Origin: Mobula hypostoma
Taxonomy: Eukaryota
DNA: 64,000 nucleotides
Direction of reading: 5' to 3'
Assembly: GCF_963921235.1 (NCBI RefSeq)
Contig: NC_086097.1
Location: forward strand, 72,418,001 to 72,482,000
Shown: one piece after another, positions 1 through 14,323 of the stretch
Layout: each line of letters opens with the position of its first letter
Numbering within the stretch: the first letter of the stretch is position 1
Program-made: the position numbers and the translations under genes
Notes under the pieces: generated by a model
Told to the model about the DNA's origin: nothing
Databases searched by the model: none
The model's input: the letters and a program-made list of their open reading frames with translations, nothing else

Positions 1-840
1 GAATAGGTGCAGGGGAATGTGTTGCACCTTCTCCATTTGGAGGGGAAAGTGTCAGGGGATGTGGTGAGTGTGGGGATGCGAGTTAGGGACAAATGAATTA
101 TGGAGTCTCAGAGAGAGTCATCCCTGTGGAAAGCAGAAAGGAGTTGGCGAGGAAGATGTGACTGGCGGTGGAGTTGTAGTACAGCCGGTGGAAATGGCAA
201 AGGACGACATGATGAATACGGAGGCTAATGGGGTGAAAAGTGAAAATCAAAGGAACGCTCTGGTCTGGAGGGGAGGGGAGTGGTCACTGAGAGCAGACAA
301 ATGAAGGAAATGTGAGAAAGGGCTTCTCCAACCACAGTCGAAGAGAAGCCACGTTTCCTGAAAGAGAATGACATTTGTGATGCCCTGGAATGGAGGGCCT
401 CATCTCAAAAGAGGTGTGGTGGAAATGAAGAAACTGAGAGAAGTTGGTATCCTTACAGGAGGCAGGGTGAGAGGATATGTAGCTGAGGTAGCTGTGTGAA
501 TCAGTCAGTTTATCATAGAAAGGAGGGGATAATCTTTTATAATATATATCGGTGAATAGTGTTGAAGTGAAGAGATGCAGAAAATGAAGAGACATGTCAG
601 AAATGGTCCAATTAAATCTGAGGGCAGAATGGAAGTTGGTAGCAAAGGTGATAAAATAGATGAGCGCTATATGACTGCATGAAACAGCACCAATTCAGTT
701 ATTGATGCAGTGGAGAAAGAGGTGTGTACTGGCGCCCAAGTTGCTTTGGAACAAGACAGTTTCAGATAGTGGAGAAAAAGACAAGCATAGCTGGAGCTCT
801 TGGAAGCACCAGTGTTGTACACCATGATTAGTAGATAGTG
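1..840 (-). mobile_element. Degenerate Penelope-like (GIY-YIG) retroelement fragment, RT C-terminal/linker region
   Basis: Minus ORF 284..595 contains TDSHSYLSYISSHPASCKD..FSQFL, matching TDSHNYLKYTSSHPATCKDAIPYSQFL in the better-preserved copy at 51216-52240. Runs off the window start. Confidence 0.85.
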
Positions 841-859
841 AGAGGAGTTGAGAGAAGAG

Positions 860-1300
860 TCAGTTTCTTTTTTTCGTCAGTGTCCTGACGAAGGGTCTCG
901 GCCTGAAACGGCGACTGTATCTCTTCCTAGAGATGCTGCCTGGCCTGCTGCGTTCACCAGCAACTTTTTTGTGTGTTGCTTGAATTTCCAGCATCTGCAG
1001 TATTCCTCTTGTTTTCTTTTTTTCCTCATCTGTTCCCACCTCATGCAATTCTTTATCACAAAACAGTCCTTTTCCCTACCTCGCTTCATCTACCCATTAT
1101 CTTCCATCTGAGTGTCTCCTCCTATCACTGGTTAACCCCTCCCTCTCTCCTCTTTGTACTGCCTATCTTTGCTTAAAAGTCTTGGTCCTGATGCAGAGTC
1201 CTGACCTGAAATGTTGACAATCCTTGGCAATCTCCACAGATGTGCTTGACCTAGTGAATTCCTCAAGCAGTTTATATTTTGCTCTCCACATTCCAAACCC
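860..1300 (+). mobile_element. Penelope-like terminal repeat (pLTR/tail) units, a younger copy nested in an older one, each with a hammerhead-like motif
   Basis: gtcctgacgaagggtctcggcctgaaacggcgac...gatgctgcctggcctgctg at ~882-1012 and a decayed gtcctgatgcagagtcctgacctgaaatgttgac at ~1185-1220. Same sequence as the tail at 52505-52601. Confidence 0.85.
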
Positions 1301-1543
1301 TGTGAAAATTAACTGCATTGATTAAATTTAGATATCTACTGAATGGGGTTTACATAAATTTAAATACTTCCGAGAAGGCACCCATTCTCCAAGGTAAGAC
1401 ATGTCCAATCCACATCTATAAATGGTGATGGAAGCTGAGGTGATACTACATTTTCTTTATATTTTAGCTCCGTCTCTTCTACCCTTTGTGAATTCAAGAC
1501 AAGGCTGCTTAATATTAATACCGTGTATCTTCCTCCCCTGACA

Positions 1544-1737
1544 AGAAAAATAAAAATAAATAATATATATTTGAAGCAAAACCTGTTCACAAACATTTTG
1601 CTGAAATTATTTCAAAATTCTCACATTTGCTGATTATTTCAGTACAGAAAAATAAAAATAAATGTTTTTAAGCGAAACCTGTTCACAAACACTTTTGAGA
1701 TAATTGTTGCAAATTTTCCCATTTACTGATTATGTTT
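1544..1737. repeat. Imperfect ~102-bp tandem duplication
   Basis: agaaaaataaaaataaat...aaacctgttcacaaaca...cattt(g/a)ctgattat begins at both 1544 and 1646. Confidence 0.85.
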
Positions 1738-3129
1738 TCGATTGACCATAAGTAGATTAACAGCTCTTATTACATTTGCTGAAAATCTGGTAGTTATTCA
1801 CTGTAGCTTAGGTGGAGTGATATTTGCTGAATATTATTTTTTCTTTCCTCTGACTGAGTCTTGAAAAATGTACATTTTTTTTCATGAGAAATTACCAAAA
1901 CAGATGGCAGGAGAGAAGTGTATTGTGGAAGATGTAGCTTGTGAAGAATAAGACCCATGTATGCTGGAGAGCTACTTAGCCTAAGGTTTTTTTTTGCCTT
2001 CACTCTGAAGTTTCTGAAAACAAATGTCTGTACATATGTGCCTAAATTTAGAACAATTCCCTTTCCAGCACCACACACAACACACATTCCCTCTACAGTT
2101 TTTGAACTAGAAACAATTATTGCAAAATTCTGAAAATAGAACAGATCTTGTGGCAAGTAGCAATGAACACTTGTTTAAAACAGATACCCTGGGAAGCATT
2201 TTCCTTATTATTGTATGAGAGATGATTAGCAAAGTTTCTTCTTTTATATCAGGATGCCTAATTTCAAATCTTTTCCAGCCAAATACAGAGGTGATTTTCA
2301 AAATTAGTGTATGTTGAAGGAAATTTATTACAAGTGGTTGTAGATGTAAGCTTACCAAATATTCACTTGAAATATATTTAGGTTTACTTAAGTTATAGTG
2401 CATTACTGCTTACTAAAAGAAAATTATTCCCTTTTGCTGGAAGATACCTGAAATATAGTCACACAATAAGGCTCATCATGGACAGAGAGTGCTGAAAGAT
2501 TGTAATGATCCATATTTAAATTTTTAATGACAGACACAATTATAAGGTCCTTTGTAATTGACAATCAGCAGTTATTTGTAGGTGTGAACTCCAATTTTAG
2601 GGTATTTGTATTGTAGATTATTAAATAATGGTGCTGCTGTGAAATATAAGTTTTCTGTTTGAGGAGAATAATGTAAGGTTTACTTTGCAATATTTGAAGT
2701 GACAGTGCTTTACCAATGTAATTCCCAGGGAAAAAAAGGTGTATTTGGATTATAATGGGAATCCAACTTAAACATCATTGAATGCAGCAGATAAGAATAT
2801 GATATTAGTAGATGAACAGAAAACTAGAATGCTATACTAGACTAGACTTGGACCATTTGCACAACCAGATTTTGTAGTGGGAGGCCCTTGTAAAATCATA
2901 TTGTATGCTTGGTACATATTTCCACATTGCAGTGGAGTCTCAAGCTGACATACTCCACTTATGACCCCCTTTTAGACAGAGGGATTATGTTAATTTTAGG
3001 ATATAAATGGAATTCTGTGTGACATGTAGCTTATATCAAAAGAAAATGGAAAATAACCAAAAATGAAAATATAGGATCTTTACTGATTTTTTTTCCTAAG
3101 TGCCTTATAGTTACGTCACTTTCTCACCT

Positions 3130-3640
3130 CTGCACCATCCACCACAGGTGGATGGCCAAACATTTTAATTCCAATTCTCGTTCCTGTTCCAATGTGTTGA
3201 TCCATGGCCTCCTCTTGTGCCCAGACAAAGGCACCCTCAGGGTGGAGGAGCAACCTTATATTCCATGTGGGTACCCTTCAACCTGATGGCAGGAATATTG
3301 GTTTCTTCTGGTAAACACATTCTCATTTCCCTCTCCTCTATTCCCCATTCTAATCTTTTACTCTTCTCACCTGCCTATTACTTTTCCCTGGGTCCTCTCC
3401 TCCTTCATTCTCCTATTGTTCACTCTCCTATCCTATCAGATTCTTTCTTCTACAACCTTTACCTTTCCCATCCACCCCAACCAGCCTCTTTCCCCTCCCC
3501 CCACCTTTTTATTCTGGCATCTTCCTCCTCCCTTCTCAATCCTGCCGAAGGGTCTTGGCATGAAACATCGACTGTATATTCTTTCCCATTGATGCTGCCT
3601 GGCCTGCTGAGTTCCTCCAGCATTTTGTGTTTATTGCTTC
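3130..3640 (+). mobile_element. Penelope-like element 3' end (GIY-YIG C-terminus, pyrimidine-rich 3' UTR, decayed hammerhead tail)
   Basis: ccatggcctcctc...ctcagggtggaggagcaacc aligns by eye to 52115-52180. Tail cctgccgaagggtcttggcatgaaacatcgac at 3541. Confidence 0.85.
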
Positions 3641-3867
3641 ACTTTTTCTCAGTTTTCACAAATAAATAAATACTCATGAAGTACAGAGGTGCAGGCAAAC
3701 AATTTAGTCAGTATGAGATGCTACAAGCAACAAGGAAGAGTTATGGCCTTTTGAGTTTATCTATTGAGTTGGTATAGGTTTTTTTTGGAAAAGTTGGACA
3801 GAAGCAATAATTTCTGTGGAAGTAGGCAAAAAAGACTACATTCCTCATGAAATCAGTAAAGCCATAG

Positions 3868-4180
3868 CCCATAAGATATAGAAACAGAGTTCTGCCATTT
3901 GGCCCATCGAGTCTGCTCCTCCATTTCATCATGCCTGATCTTTTTTTCCTCAGCCTCAATCTCCTGCCTTCATGCCTTGACTAAACAAGAATCTATCAAC
4001 CTCTGCCTTAAATGTACCCGATGTCTTGGCCTCCACAGCTGCCCGTCGCAATGAATTCCACAGATTCACCACTCTTTGACTAAAGAAATTCCTCCTCATG
4101 TCTGAGGCTGTGTTCTCTAGTCTTTGACTTCCCTACCACGGGAAACATCCTCTCCACGTCCACTCTATTGAGGCCTTTGA
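3868..4180 (-). mobile_element. CR1 LINE 3' end fragment
   Basis: cataagatatagaaacagag...ggcccatcgagtctgctc...aagaatctatcaacctctgcc is nearly identical to the CR1 3' end at 23062-23400. Confidence 0.85.
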
Positions 4181-5064
4181 ATAATTTTTAAAACGTATTG
4201 ACAGATACATATTTATGTAATAATGAGGATGCCTTTCTGCATTCACAGTGCTATGTTCCATATTTTTCGAAAGGAACCGGTGATACTTCAGAAAATATTT
4301 AATCAGTAAAACTAGCTTTAGTACAAACCACCAAATTAAATTACCAAATTGACTAGCAAGAAAGCAACTTAATTGATTTTGAGTAGATACAATTTCATTG
4401 AAGACATGACCGTTTACTTCTGTATTAAAGTTTTAAGTGGCTGTAGAGGCACATTTTCTAGCAATTGATAATTCTTGTCTTCTTAAGCCTACTGGATTAA
4501 ATCGGGTATTCATTAAGTTTCAAATGCATTCAGTTTTTAATTACGAGACATGGAGTTTGAGAGGATATTGCTGTTCAATATTCAAGCAAGTTAGATTCTT
4601 AAACAATTGTAATTTTGATTTTATAACAATCTAAAATAAGCTTTTAATAAATTGCAGGTATGAAATTAAAATAATCTGGCACCAAATTCTTAGAATATCT
4701 TGTAAACCGATGTCATAATTAATTTATAAAAAACATTAAATATAATTGTATTTTAATCTTATAGCTAAAATATGTAAGCACTTTTGATAGATTTCATTAA
4801 CTGTCGATTTTCCATTCTGAAGGGATAGCTGCAGTCAGTTTCTCCAAATTAGGACAACTGCTGTTTTAGAAATCTATTTCTGATACAGACTTGGGAACAG
4901 AGCAGTTTGAAATGTACAACAAAATGCTGAAGTTAAGGATGTTTGATAGGCAATCTAGAAGCTGAGCTTCTGGTTGCCTATTAATTCTAATTCACCATCC
5001 TACTTCCACTCTGACCTCTTTATCACCTGCACTATTGCAGTAAGGCTGTATGCTTGAGGAACAG

Positions 5065-6525
5065 GAGGGTGAAGAAAGCACATGAGATAGCTTTGCCATA
5101 TAAGGTAAAAGAGAATCCTAAGAAGTTTTGTAAGTACAGTATATTAAAAGCAGAAGGGTAACTAGGGGAAAAAATGATTCTCTTTAAAGATCAATGTGGT
5201 CATCCATATGCGGAACCATGGGAGGTGGACAAGGACATTCATGAATATTTCTCACCTGTTTTTGCCATGGAAACAATTATGGAAGGTAGGGAATTCGTGG
5301 AGGAGAATATTTTAAGTCTTGAAATATACCCACATTACAAAAGAGGAGGTGCTGAATATCTTAATATGCATAAAGATGGATACAGGACCTGGCCAAATGT
5401 ATCCCAGGAACTTGTGGGAAGCTAGGAAAGAAATTGCTGGAGCCTTGGCAGAGATCATTGTATCATGGGTAACGTACCAGAAGACTGGAGGATGGCTAAT
5501 GTTGCGTTTTCATTTAAGAAGAGAAACAAGGACAAGCTAGGGTAATACAGGATGGTGAGTCCAATATTAATGGCTGGAAAATAAAGAAGGAATTCTGATA
5601 GACAGACTCTACCTGCTTTTGAAAAGGCAAGGACTAATTCAGGGTAGTCAACATGGCATCATGCTTCATAAATTTGACAAATTTGGAAGGATTGACAAAG
5701 GCAGGACAGAAAACATTGTGTGTATGGACTTTGTCATGATTTTTGATGTCATGCATGGTAGGCTGCTCAGGAAGGTTAGATCCAGAAGGAAAGCCAGCCA
5801 ATTGGATACAAAATTGGCTTGTTAGTAGGAGGCAAATGGTGGTAGTGGAGGGATGTTTTTCAGATTGGAGGGCTATGGCCAGTGGTGTGCCACAGGGACT
5901 GGTGCTGTTGTTTGTTATCTGTATTAACGGTTTGGGTGAGGATGTCCTAGCATGGTTAGTATGCTTGCAAACATCAAAGAAATTGGTGATAAGGTCGACA
6001 GTATAAAAGGTTATCTGTGATTACAACAGGAACCAGACCAAATAAGAAAGTGGACCAAGGAACAGCAGATGGAGTCTAACTTGGATAACTGCTGCATTTG
6101 GAAAACAAAACCAGAGTAGTAATTACACAGTAAATGGCAGGGGCCTGAGGAGGTGTTGTAAAAGAGAGAGACACTGAAAGTGATGACACAGGAAGATGGG
6201 GTGGTGAAGAAGACATTCAACACACTTGCCTTCGTTGGTTAAGGAACTGAGTACAAGAGCTGGGACATGATTGTTACAAATACTGGTGAGGCTATAAGTT
6301 ATTTGTTGAGAGCACACTTGAACTATTATGTGCAGGTCTGGTTGCCTAGATATTGAAAGGATGTCATTATGAAGGACAGAATGCATAAAAGGTGCACAAT
6401 GATGTTATTGAGACTGGAGGACTTGAGGAAAGACTGTATAAGCTGGGGCTTTTTTTTTCATTGAGTTCAGAAGGGTAACCATTTAAGATATATAAGATCA
6501 TGAGGGGTGCAGATAAGGTGAATTT
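5065..6525 (+). mobile_element. Degenerate CR1 LINE ORF2 (reverse transcriptase region)
   Basis: Frameshifted peptides KENPK, GPGQMYPRNLWEARKEIAGALAEI, SQHG, WIQNWL..RRQMVVVEGCFSDWRAMASGVPQG are typical of CR1 RT. Preceded by a ~100-bp Penelope fragment at ~4965-5063. Confidence 0.9.
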
Positions 6526-6529
6526 CTCC

Positions 6530-6840
6530 CCATTTCAGGTTTTCCCTTTGCTCCACCCATTGCTTCCCCTACTTTATCTCTGCTTAGAACAATTTGGTTT
6601 CTCTTTTTCTCAGTTCTGATGGAGGATCTTCAGCCTAAAGGGTTAACAATTTCTCTTTTTATCCTGATGAAGGGTCTCAGCCCAAAATGCCTTTCTGTTT
6701 ATTCTTTTCCATAGATGCTGCCTGGCCTGCTGAGTTTCTCCAGCATTTTGTGTGTATTTCTTTGATTTCCAGCATCCACAGATTTTCTCTTGTCGCTCTT
6801 TCTACAGATACTCTGACCTGCTGAATTTTTTGAACACTTT
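6530..6840 (+). mobile_element. Nested Penelope-like tails with hammerhead-like motifs
   Basis: A younger unit tcctgatgaagggtctcagcccaaaatg...ccagcatccacagattttctctt (~6662-6792) sits inside an older decayed tail (ttctgatggaggatcttcagcctaaa ... ctacagatactctgacctgctgaa). Confidence 0.8.
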
Positions 6841-6939
6841 TTTTTATTACTAATGTGATATTTGAGTTAAGCATCACGAGTTGGTCTAGAGCATATGAGA
6901 TCCTGATCACTAACACATATGAATATATAAAAAAAAATA

Positions 6940-7410
6940 GGTAGTTATGCTAAATCTGTGAAAAATAGTACTTTAAATTCATTTGGAGATCTGTGTTCAA
7001 TTCAGGCCATTATGTTTCTAAAAGGGTATAGCACAGATTTGATGGAACAGTTTCAGGTAAAGGCAAGTACTTCAATTGGAAAAGCTAAGGTAATATTTCT
7101 TTTGAACAGACACATTTATGAAGACTTGTATTAAGTGAATAAAGAACAACTATTCCAGTGGCTGTAGAGTGAACAATGGACAAAATTTTTAAGTGATGGT
7201 TAAAAGAAGCAGAGGTGACAAGAAGAGAATTGTCTTAATGCAGTGAGTGATCAGGATTTGGTCTGCATTATGTGATGAGGTGATGGAAAGAGAACCAATA
7301 CCAGCTTTCAAAAGAGGCTTGGATAGGAGTTGGAGTGGGAGACTTACAGGATTATTTGTTAAAGAGTGGACTCAAACTAATGAGCCAAATGACCTCCTAT
7401 TGTTTTGTGT
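6940..7410 (+). mobile_element. Old, highly decayed CR1 3' fragment
   Basis: CR1-like 3' wording (gcagtgagtgatcaggatttgg...gctttcaaaagaggcttggatagg...gagccaaatgacctcct). Confidence 0.6.
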
Positions 7411-10400
7411 TGTTTGGAAGAAAGGGGAACATGGCATACATTTGGAACTAGGACTTTTCCTGTGGGAGATAAACCAGATGCTGAATAGATCAGCTAAATT
7501 GTGTTTCTGTGTCATATTTCCATGTAGCTACTTTTCAACTATCTTTAACAGATATCCATAAATGTTTGCAGAAGTACAACACTCTTCCAATCTCTCTTCT
7601 CACTTGAGGGGTATGAACTTTTTGCATGTTCTACAAAACAACCCCTGACTTCTATTTTTGATTATTCTAATGAATTTATCATTATTTCCTTGTTTTATTC
7701 ATAAACTAAATAAAAAACCGCAATGGTAGTTTCTCTAAGTTGTTTTGTAACTTTTTAAGCTTTATTTTCCAGAATTGGCAATAGTGGCAGGCATCAATAT
7801 AAAGTACAGTCATAACTTGTTTACATCAAGAAAACAGATGTAATCTGACCATCAAGCCAGGGGAAGAGTTCTGCTTAACTAACATCCTGTTTAATCTATT
7901 ATGATTTGCGTTTACTGAGCTGGTGTCAATAAATGATATAGAATTCAATTTTAGTTTTGAACAATGAAATTTGATTTATGAATTTTTTAATTATTTGAAA
8001 TGTGTGACTATTTAAATTAATCTTCAGTGAATTCAGCAAAAGTACTAAGTTTTTCCATAAAGCCAAGAAGAGATAGTGAGCTGTGGTATACCAAGTATTT
8101 TTGATTAATACATTGAGGCTCAGACTTTGTGATGCTTCCAGTTGACAGTAAGTTTCAAAGACCAGAACTTCTGTTGTTCAAAATTAAAAAATAGATAGTC
8201 TTAAATAATTATCAGTAACTTTGATATGTAACTTGACCCAGGTCTATTCTTGATTAACAAATAAAAGGACTAAAGTTTTCTGGAAATTTATGGACTTTTG
8301 TGAAATGTATTTTAAGAGCAATGTTAAAAGTAACAGCTGGTTATTGTCTAATGCTTGCTTATTCATGTCTAGTATTTTTCATTAATATTTAATTTATTAT
8401 AATTATCAATGGCAAAGTAAATAGGATAAAATGCTAGAATGTTTATTTCACTGTTGGTTGAAGACTGGTTGTTCAAAGAGTGACAAAAATTCTCAGAACG
8501 ATCTTATAAATAGCAATAAATAAGGCCAGTTGAGTCATCAACCAAAATAATTGGATTTCAAGATAGCAAAAATTGCATAGCCTAAGCAATTGCAACAATG
8601 AGTAGCTGAGTATCACTTAATAAACTGAATTACAGAAAATCTTGAAATTACGCAGCTTCATTTATTGTTCCAGGTAGTACTAATAGATTCACATTTGCAT
8701 TTATTTGCCCAGTTTTTATCAACTAGATTTCAATCTCCAATGCTATTCAGTCTAATAAGTATTATTTTAGTTGCTTATATCCATTCTCTTTCTTGTCAGA
8801 TACAGCAGATGACTCACTGTTCAGTGCAAGTTAGACTGGAAAAGAGTAATCAGTGTTGCCACAGCACACTTGCTACTCTTCCAAGAAATGAAATGGATAC
8901 TCTTAACTTGCTAGCAACGGGATTACATAGTTAGCTTCAGCTATTGTTGATCTCAAAAAGCAAATTGATTAATGCAAATATTCAATAAATAAGGTTCACA
9001 ATTAATGACATACTGAGCTGCATATTACATCAGAACAATAATTTAAAATATCAATACAACCAATTTAATTTTTTTTTCACTTTGCAGTGCATCAGGAAAT
9101 GTGAGAAACCACTGCAATTCTTTTTCCAGAGGTTGTATTAAGTTAAGGCTCTGAGACTTGCTAAATTAACCATTGCGTAGTAATCTTTTGAGAACAGCTA
9201 ATGAAAATGTTGTTTTATGCCACGGCAAACATTTCTCCTTGTATGTAAACTCTGTTTCATATGATTCAAATATATTGATGCTAGCTGCTTGTTGCTTCTT
9301 TAACAGTGATTAATGTTCAAAATAATTAATTGATGTAAAAAGCTAGGATACAGTTACATGTTCTGTTCCAAAGATACAAGTCCTATCAGTTTTAATGCTT
9401 TTTAACTTTTAGCTTATATGATTTTGTGATCCAGGATGGAGGTTAGTTATAGCAATACTGATTGTGTTGCTATTTGGAAACTTCTATTGCATTCTGTCCT
9501 TTCAATGATGTTGGGAAATAGGGAAATCTTAACATTTACTTCAGTCTTTTTATTTAGTTATTTGAATAATTTTCTAACCATCAATGCCTGAATCATTTTG
9601 ATCTTTTGTGAATATAATTAAATATGGAAACAAATAATAAAGCTTCACTTTTCACACTTTCTTTCTTTATTAATCTTTTTATTGAGCAATTCACGCTTTA
9701 CGTGGATACATTGATTAGTATTTGAAAAATATCCTGGTTGGGTCATATACTTTGATCAATATTTATATAAATAAAATATTTTTTCTGAACTGATGAAGTT
9801 TACATGGAAGATGTAGCGTAACTTTGGGATAGAAGGGAAACAGTAACTCTACAGCATCAAGGAAGTAATCCTAGTGTATTGTTCTTCCCATGGAATGAAA
9901 GAGAATTGAGCACTTTCAAATAGAGAGAAATACGTAGAAGTGAAAATAATTCAGGAATTGTACAAAAGCAAAATTGGAATAAAATGGGTGAAACCCCAAA
10001 TAGAAAATTTGTCAGACTACATTTTTTGAAACTTTATAAGATAACAAACATGTTATTGAGCTGAGTTTAAATTCAAGTATAGAAAGCAGAGTTCTCACTT
10101 AGTTGGTACCTAGTTGGGATCCCCCAAACAATTGTGAAATAGGGAACACCTACCATTTAAAAGTTGATGGGTTGGCTTCATTCGAGAGTGTCAAAACACA
10201 ACCTGCACAATCTCTGATGGCAACTGTTTTGCAGACAATTCATCTGCCTTATGTTTGCCTCTAAGATCTTGGCTTAAAAGATCTTCTCCATGTTCTCCAT
10301 GGCTACAATAATATTGTGACATAAAAGGCTGTTTTGAAAGTGAAGGCAAACACAGAAGGGGGTGTGTTGGGAGGGTATCACATCAATTGAGTGTGCAACA

Positions 10401-13400
10401 CCCCCATCTCTCATTGCACTTCCCCATTCTCCCCCCCCCAACCATCTTCATGATCATTGACACTGTTCACATTTTGTGCTGCAAGTGGTCTCAAGTATTT
10501 CTGAGGCATGGGCTTATCACTGCAGAGATTGAAGCATGTTCCACTGCTTGTATATAGCTGTATCAAGCACTAAGAGACCCATTGATGATGTCTGAAGTAT
10601 GCAGAGCATTTAAAAACTCAGCTAAGCAAATTCAGACAGTAAGGCATCAATGCCGAGGTGAAGATTTTTTTAATTCGGATCTCAGAAATGTAAAATTTGA
10701 TTCTGTTTTACTGGTAGTTGACACATTATTGCTTCAGTTTCTTTATCATAGTAGAACCTGAATAAAGCATTCTGTGTGTAATTGGCTGTAAAAAAAAATG
10801 TATTTTTTAGAGTCATGTAGTTTCATACATTGAAGTTTTTTTTAAAGAAAATGTCTTTGTGTTTTCCCCCCATCGTTTAGCAGGCATTTCAAAACAGTAG
10901 GCTATTGTATGATTTTCTTGTGACTGACAACATTGTTTCTACAATTTAATTGAAACCTCTTCTGTCTAATCATAATCACTTAGTGCTTTTTTTCTGGATG
11001 CTCCATGAATTCTTCAGAGCTATTTCTAAGTTATTCTATACTTATTTGGTTCCCAATGTTTATCATCTATACTGCAACTTCGAGAAAAAAATAATGAAGC
11101 ACTATGACGAAGATTAAAATGAGACAACTGTCTGGGAAGTTAACTGGAAATATAATTAATTTATGCTAATTTTTTATCCCTATTGCTAGTTCAGTGATTA
11201 GTACTGCTGAGTAGATTTTCTATTGGCCTTTCATCAGTTAGACTACCTTAGCAGCCAAAAATCATTAGCAATTTTTTTTTATCAGACACTTTGCTGAAGT
11301 CCCTATGACACAGACAGAACTCTTGATGAGTTAGAGCAGTTTTGGTTCTGTAAAGCAATGCAGAAACATAAGTGACATATTATAGCTCAATTACTTTTAG
11401 AGCAATAAAGGACATAGTGCATTAGCCTGTGACTTACTACATTGTGTGTGCTGGTATTTTTGGGGTTTTAATAACAATTGCATTTCTTATAATAGTAAAT
11501 GATCAAGTGGAATGCGATTAGATTGTCTATGATTCTAAGAAAATAATGACATTTATGATGACCATCTAAAGTACATTGCATTACAGGGTAATTTGGAACA
11601 TCTTTTTCAACCTTCATAAACCTTTTTTTTCTCTTGTACGATTGCACTTTGGCAGGTATTTCCTAAGATGTCATATGCCCATTGGCAGTTTGCTCAGGTT
11701 GCACATTAATATGAGTAAGTGTAGACATCTTGATGATTCTATTCATTCTTATAGAAATTCCACTTCCATGAGGAACTATTGCAAAATGAAACTGGTAGAT
11801 TTAGTGTGCTAGTATGCTTCCTTTCAACTGATCTGGGTATGACGGATGGGCTGGAGAATCAAGCTTTATATGATTTGGCATGAACTATGCAATGGGAAAA
11901 AAAGTCAACAAACAAGAAGAATGTTGCTCCAGTTATGTTTGTATTATGTAGCATAATCAAATCCATAAATTATACATTATTCGCTCACCATATTTTGCAA
12001 TATAATTCAGTTTTTGACTTTGAAGCTACTAGCTTAAGATAAGTATGTTTTACTTTTTATAGAAAATGACATAAAATAATCTGGTTTGTGACCTGATTTG
12101 CTGATTTGAAATTAAGAACTTGTGTTGATTTAATTGTACTGATATTTCAATGAGAATCATCCTTTTTTTCTAAGGTATAATAATGCTTTAATCTGTTTTT
12201 TATCCCATAGTGATTGCAATTCTTATGATGCCTAGAAATATGAAATTGATTCAAATTTCTCTCAAGTAGCAAGAATCTTTGTCTTTTATTTAATTATACT
12301 GCGAAGCTGCTCTAGCTGGCCTGCAGTTTATTCTAGAATTATTTGCAGCTTTGCATATTTATGAATAGGTGTATACTTCTGATAATGGATTGAGCTTGCT
12401 TTTGATACTGGCAGTTTTATTAAGTAGATAAAAGATTGATCTTTGATCCAATGTATTTGATCCAATGGTCCAATGTATTTCGTAAATGAATAAAGGTGAT
12501 GAATATAAGACAGTACAATCACCAGACATGTAGAATATTACAGCTCAGAAGTTCATGAATGTGGCCCATCCTGTCTACTTAGGCTCGCTTCACTTATCCC
12601 ATACTTTCAGAAATGCCTTTCCAAAGGTAGAAACAAATATTTGCAGAATTTACTTACCAGGAAAATGTGTGCTTAAAATCTAATGAGGAATGATATTTAA
12701 ATAAATATTCATGATGGATACAAGTTTTTAATATTTTGATTTATGGGTGATTTTATCTATTGAGCAGCTGCCCAGGAAAACAAGCAAATTGGCAACCTAG
12801 TCATCTGGAGGCATATGTGTTCTTTTTGAGGATGGGATATTCAGAATTCTGTACTTCATGGGTTTCATGTTTCATCCTATGTTTCTTGGCTGACAACATA
12901 AAGTAAAACTGACAGGGCTTTCATAAAGTTATGAAGATTGAGGATGTGGTGTTGGGCAAAATGGACAAGAACTTCAGCCGCAGAAAAGTGCTAGGAGATG
13001 GTTCAATCAGTAAGCTCTGTAAAGTGCATGCATTAGAAAGAATAAAATATCTCACACTCATTACGCAAATCATCATGGCTATTTTTCAAACTTGAATGAA
13101 GAAAAGCTAGGGCATATTTGAAAAGCTTGGTTTAATATAGAAAATAGTGGAATAGATTTATTATAGAAAAGAGTTCTGTTTACATAAGTTACATGAGAGA
13201 TATGAAAGTGGGAAAAACATCTTCACTCTATTGATTAGCCAAAATTTATACGTTTAATTTGCTCTGTATTAGGTGGGGGGAGAAAACTGTGCTAACTTTT
13301 GAACACTATTAATTGTTGCAGTATAATGTCACCAGTGGTAAAAGGAAAATCTTTTAAGAATGCATACCTATGAGGGAGAAGTATGATTTTTAGGCTATGT

Positions 13401-13745
13401 GCTAGTAGCATGGGTAGATCACTTGGAAGATGCATCAGATGATTCAGTCCATTTTAACCAGTGGGTCTGATATGAATAAGATTTGGCAATTATCTTGGCC
13501 GAATAGTTTTCTGGGGATATCAGGATTGAACCAGTGTATTCATTTAACACTGGAAATTTATTCATTTTTGAATCTGTAGCCACAACTAAGCAGATCTTTC
13601 TTTGAAGTAACTTTATGGGAAGGTCATGAAGATGCCTATGTAATACAATTGAAATTGAAAATAATGAACATTTTGTTGCATATTTACTGCAAATATTAAC
13701 AATACACTCATGAGGCTCAGAGAGACAGTAGCTTTAAGTTCCTTG

Positions 13746-14287
13746 TGTGACGACAAACCAAGTTATCAGAAGATTGATGCTAATGAGAAAGAGATAAGGG
13801 AGACAATGGAGGAACGTTCAAAATGTTAATGAGAGAGAAGAGAGAGAGATAATGGAAAAGAATATTGACAGACCGGTTGCTTTGAACCTGAACTGTTTGA
13901 AGTTTGATGGACAGGCGATACCCCAGCAGGGGGATAAAAAGAACAGGTTCACTAAGGCACGACACACACCACGAGATCACAAGATAACGAGACCCTGGAA
14001 GAGCGGTGTGCCCTCACAAGTTGGTGGGAGTTTGGAGGTCTGGTTCGAGGGAACCGACCATAGACTGACGGTGAAAAGATACGATCGGCGGGAACCTGGT
14101 GTGTGTGTCCGCCCTTGCCTGGGTGCCGGGTTCACCGCAGAAGAACGGTCGTATCTGGAATGGAGGGGTCACAGTCGGTGACCACAGCGGGATAGAAGAC
14201 ATTAAAGGGTCCGTCCAAAACCTAACTGCGAAGAACATCAAAGGTCTGCTTGAATCAAAATTTGCATATTCTCTCTCTCTGTCTCTG

Positions 14288-14323
<36 letters not shown>

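Noticed and set aside
1332..1393. Possible 62-bp exon ending in a strong donor AAG|GTAAGA
   Set aside because: Weak acceptor and no recognisable translation. Isolated splice-like signals are common.
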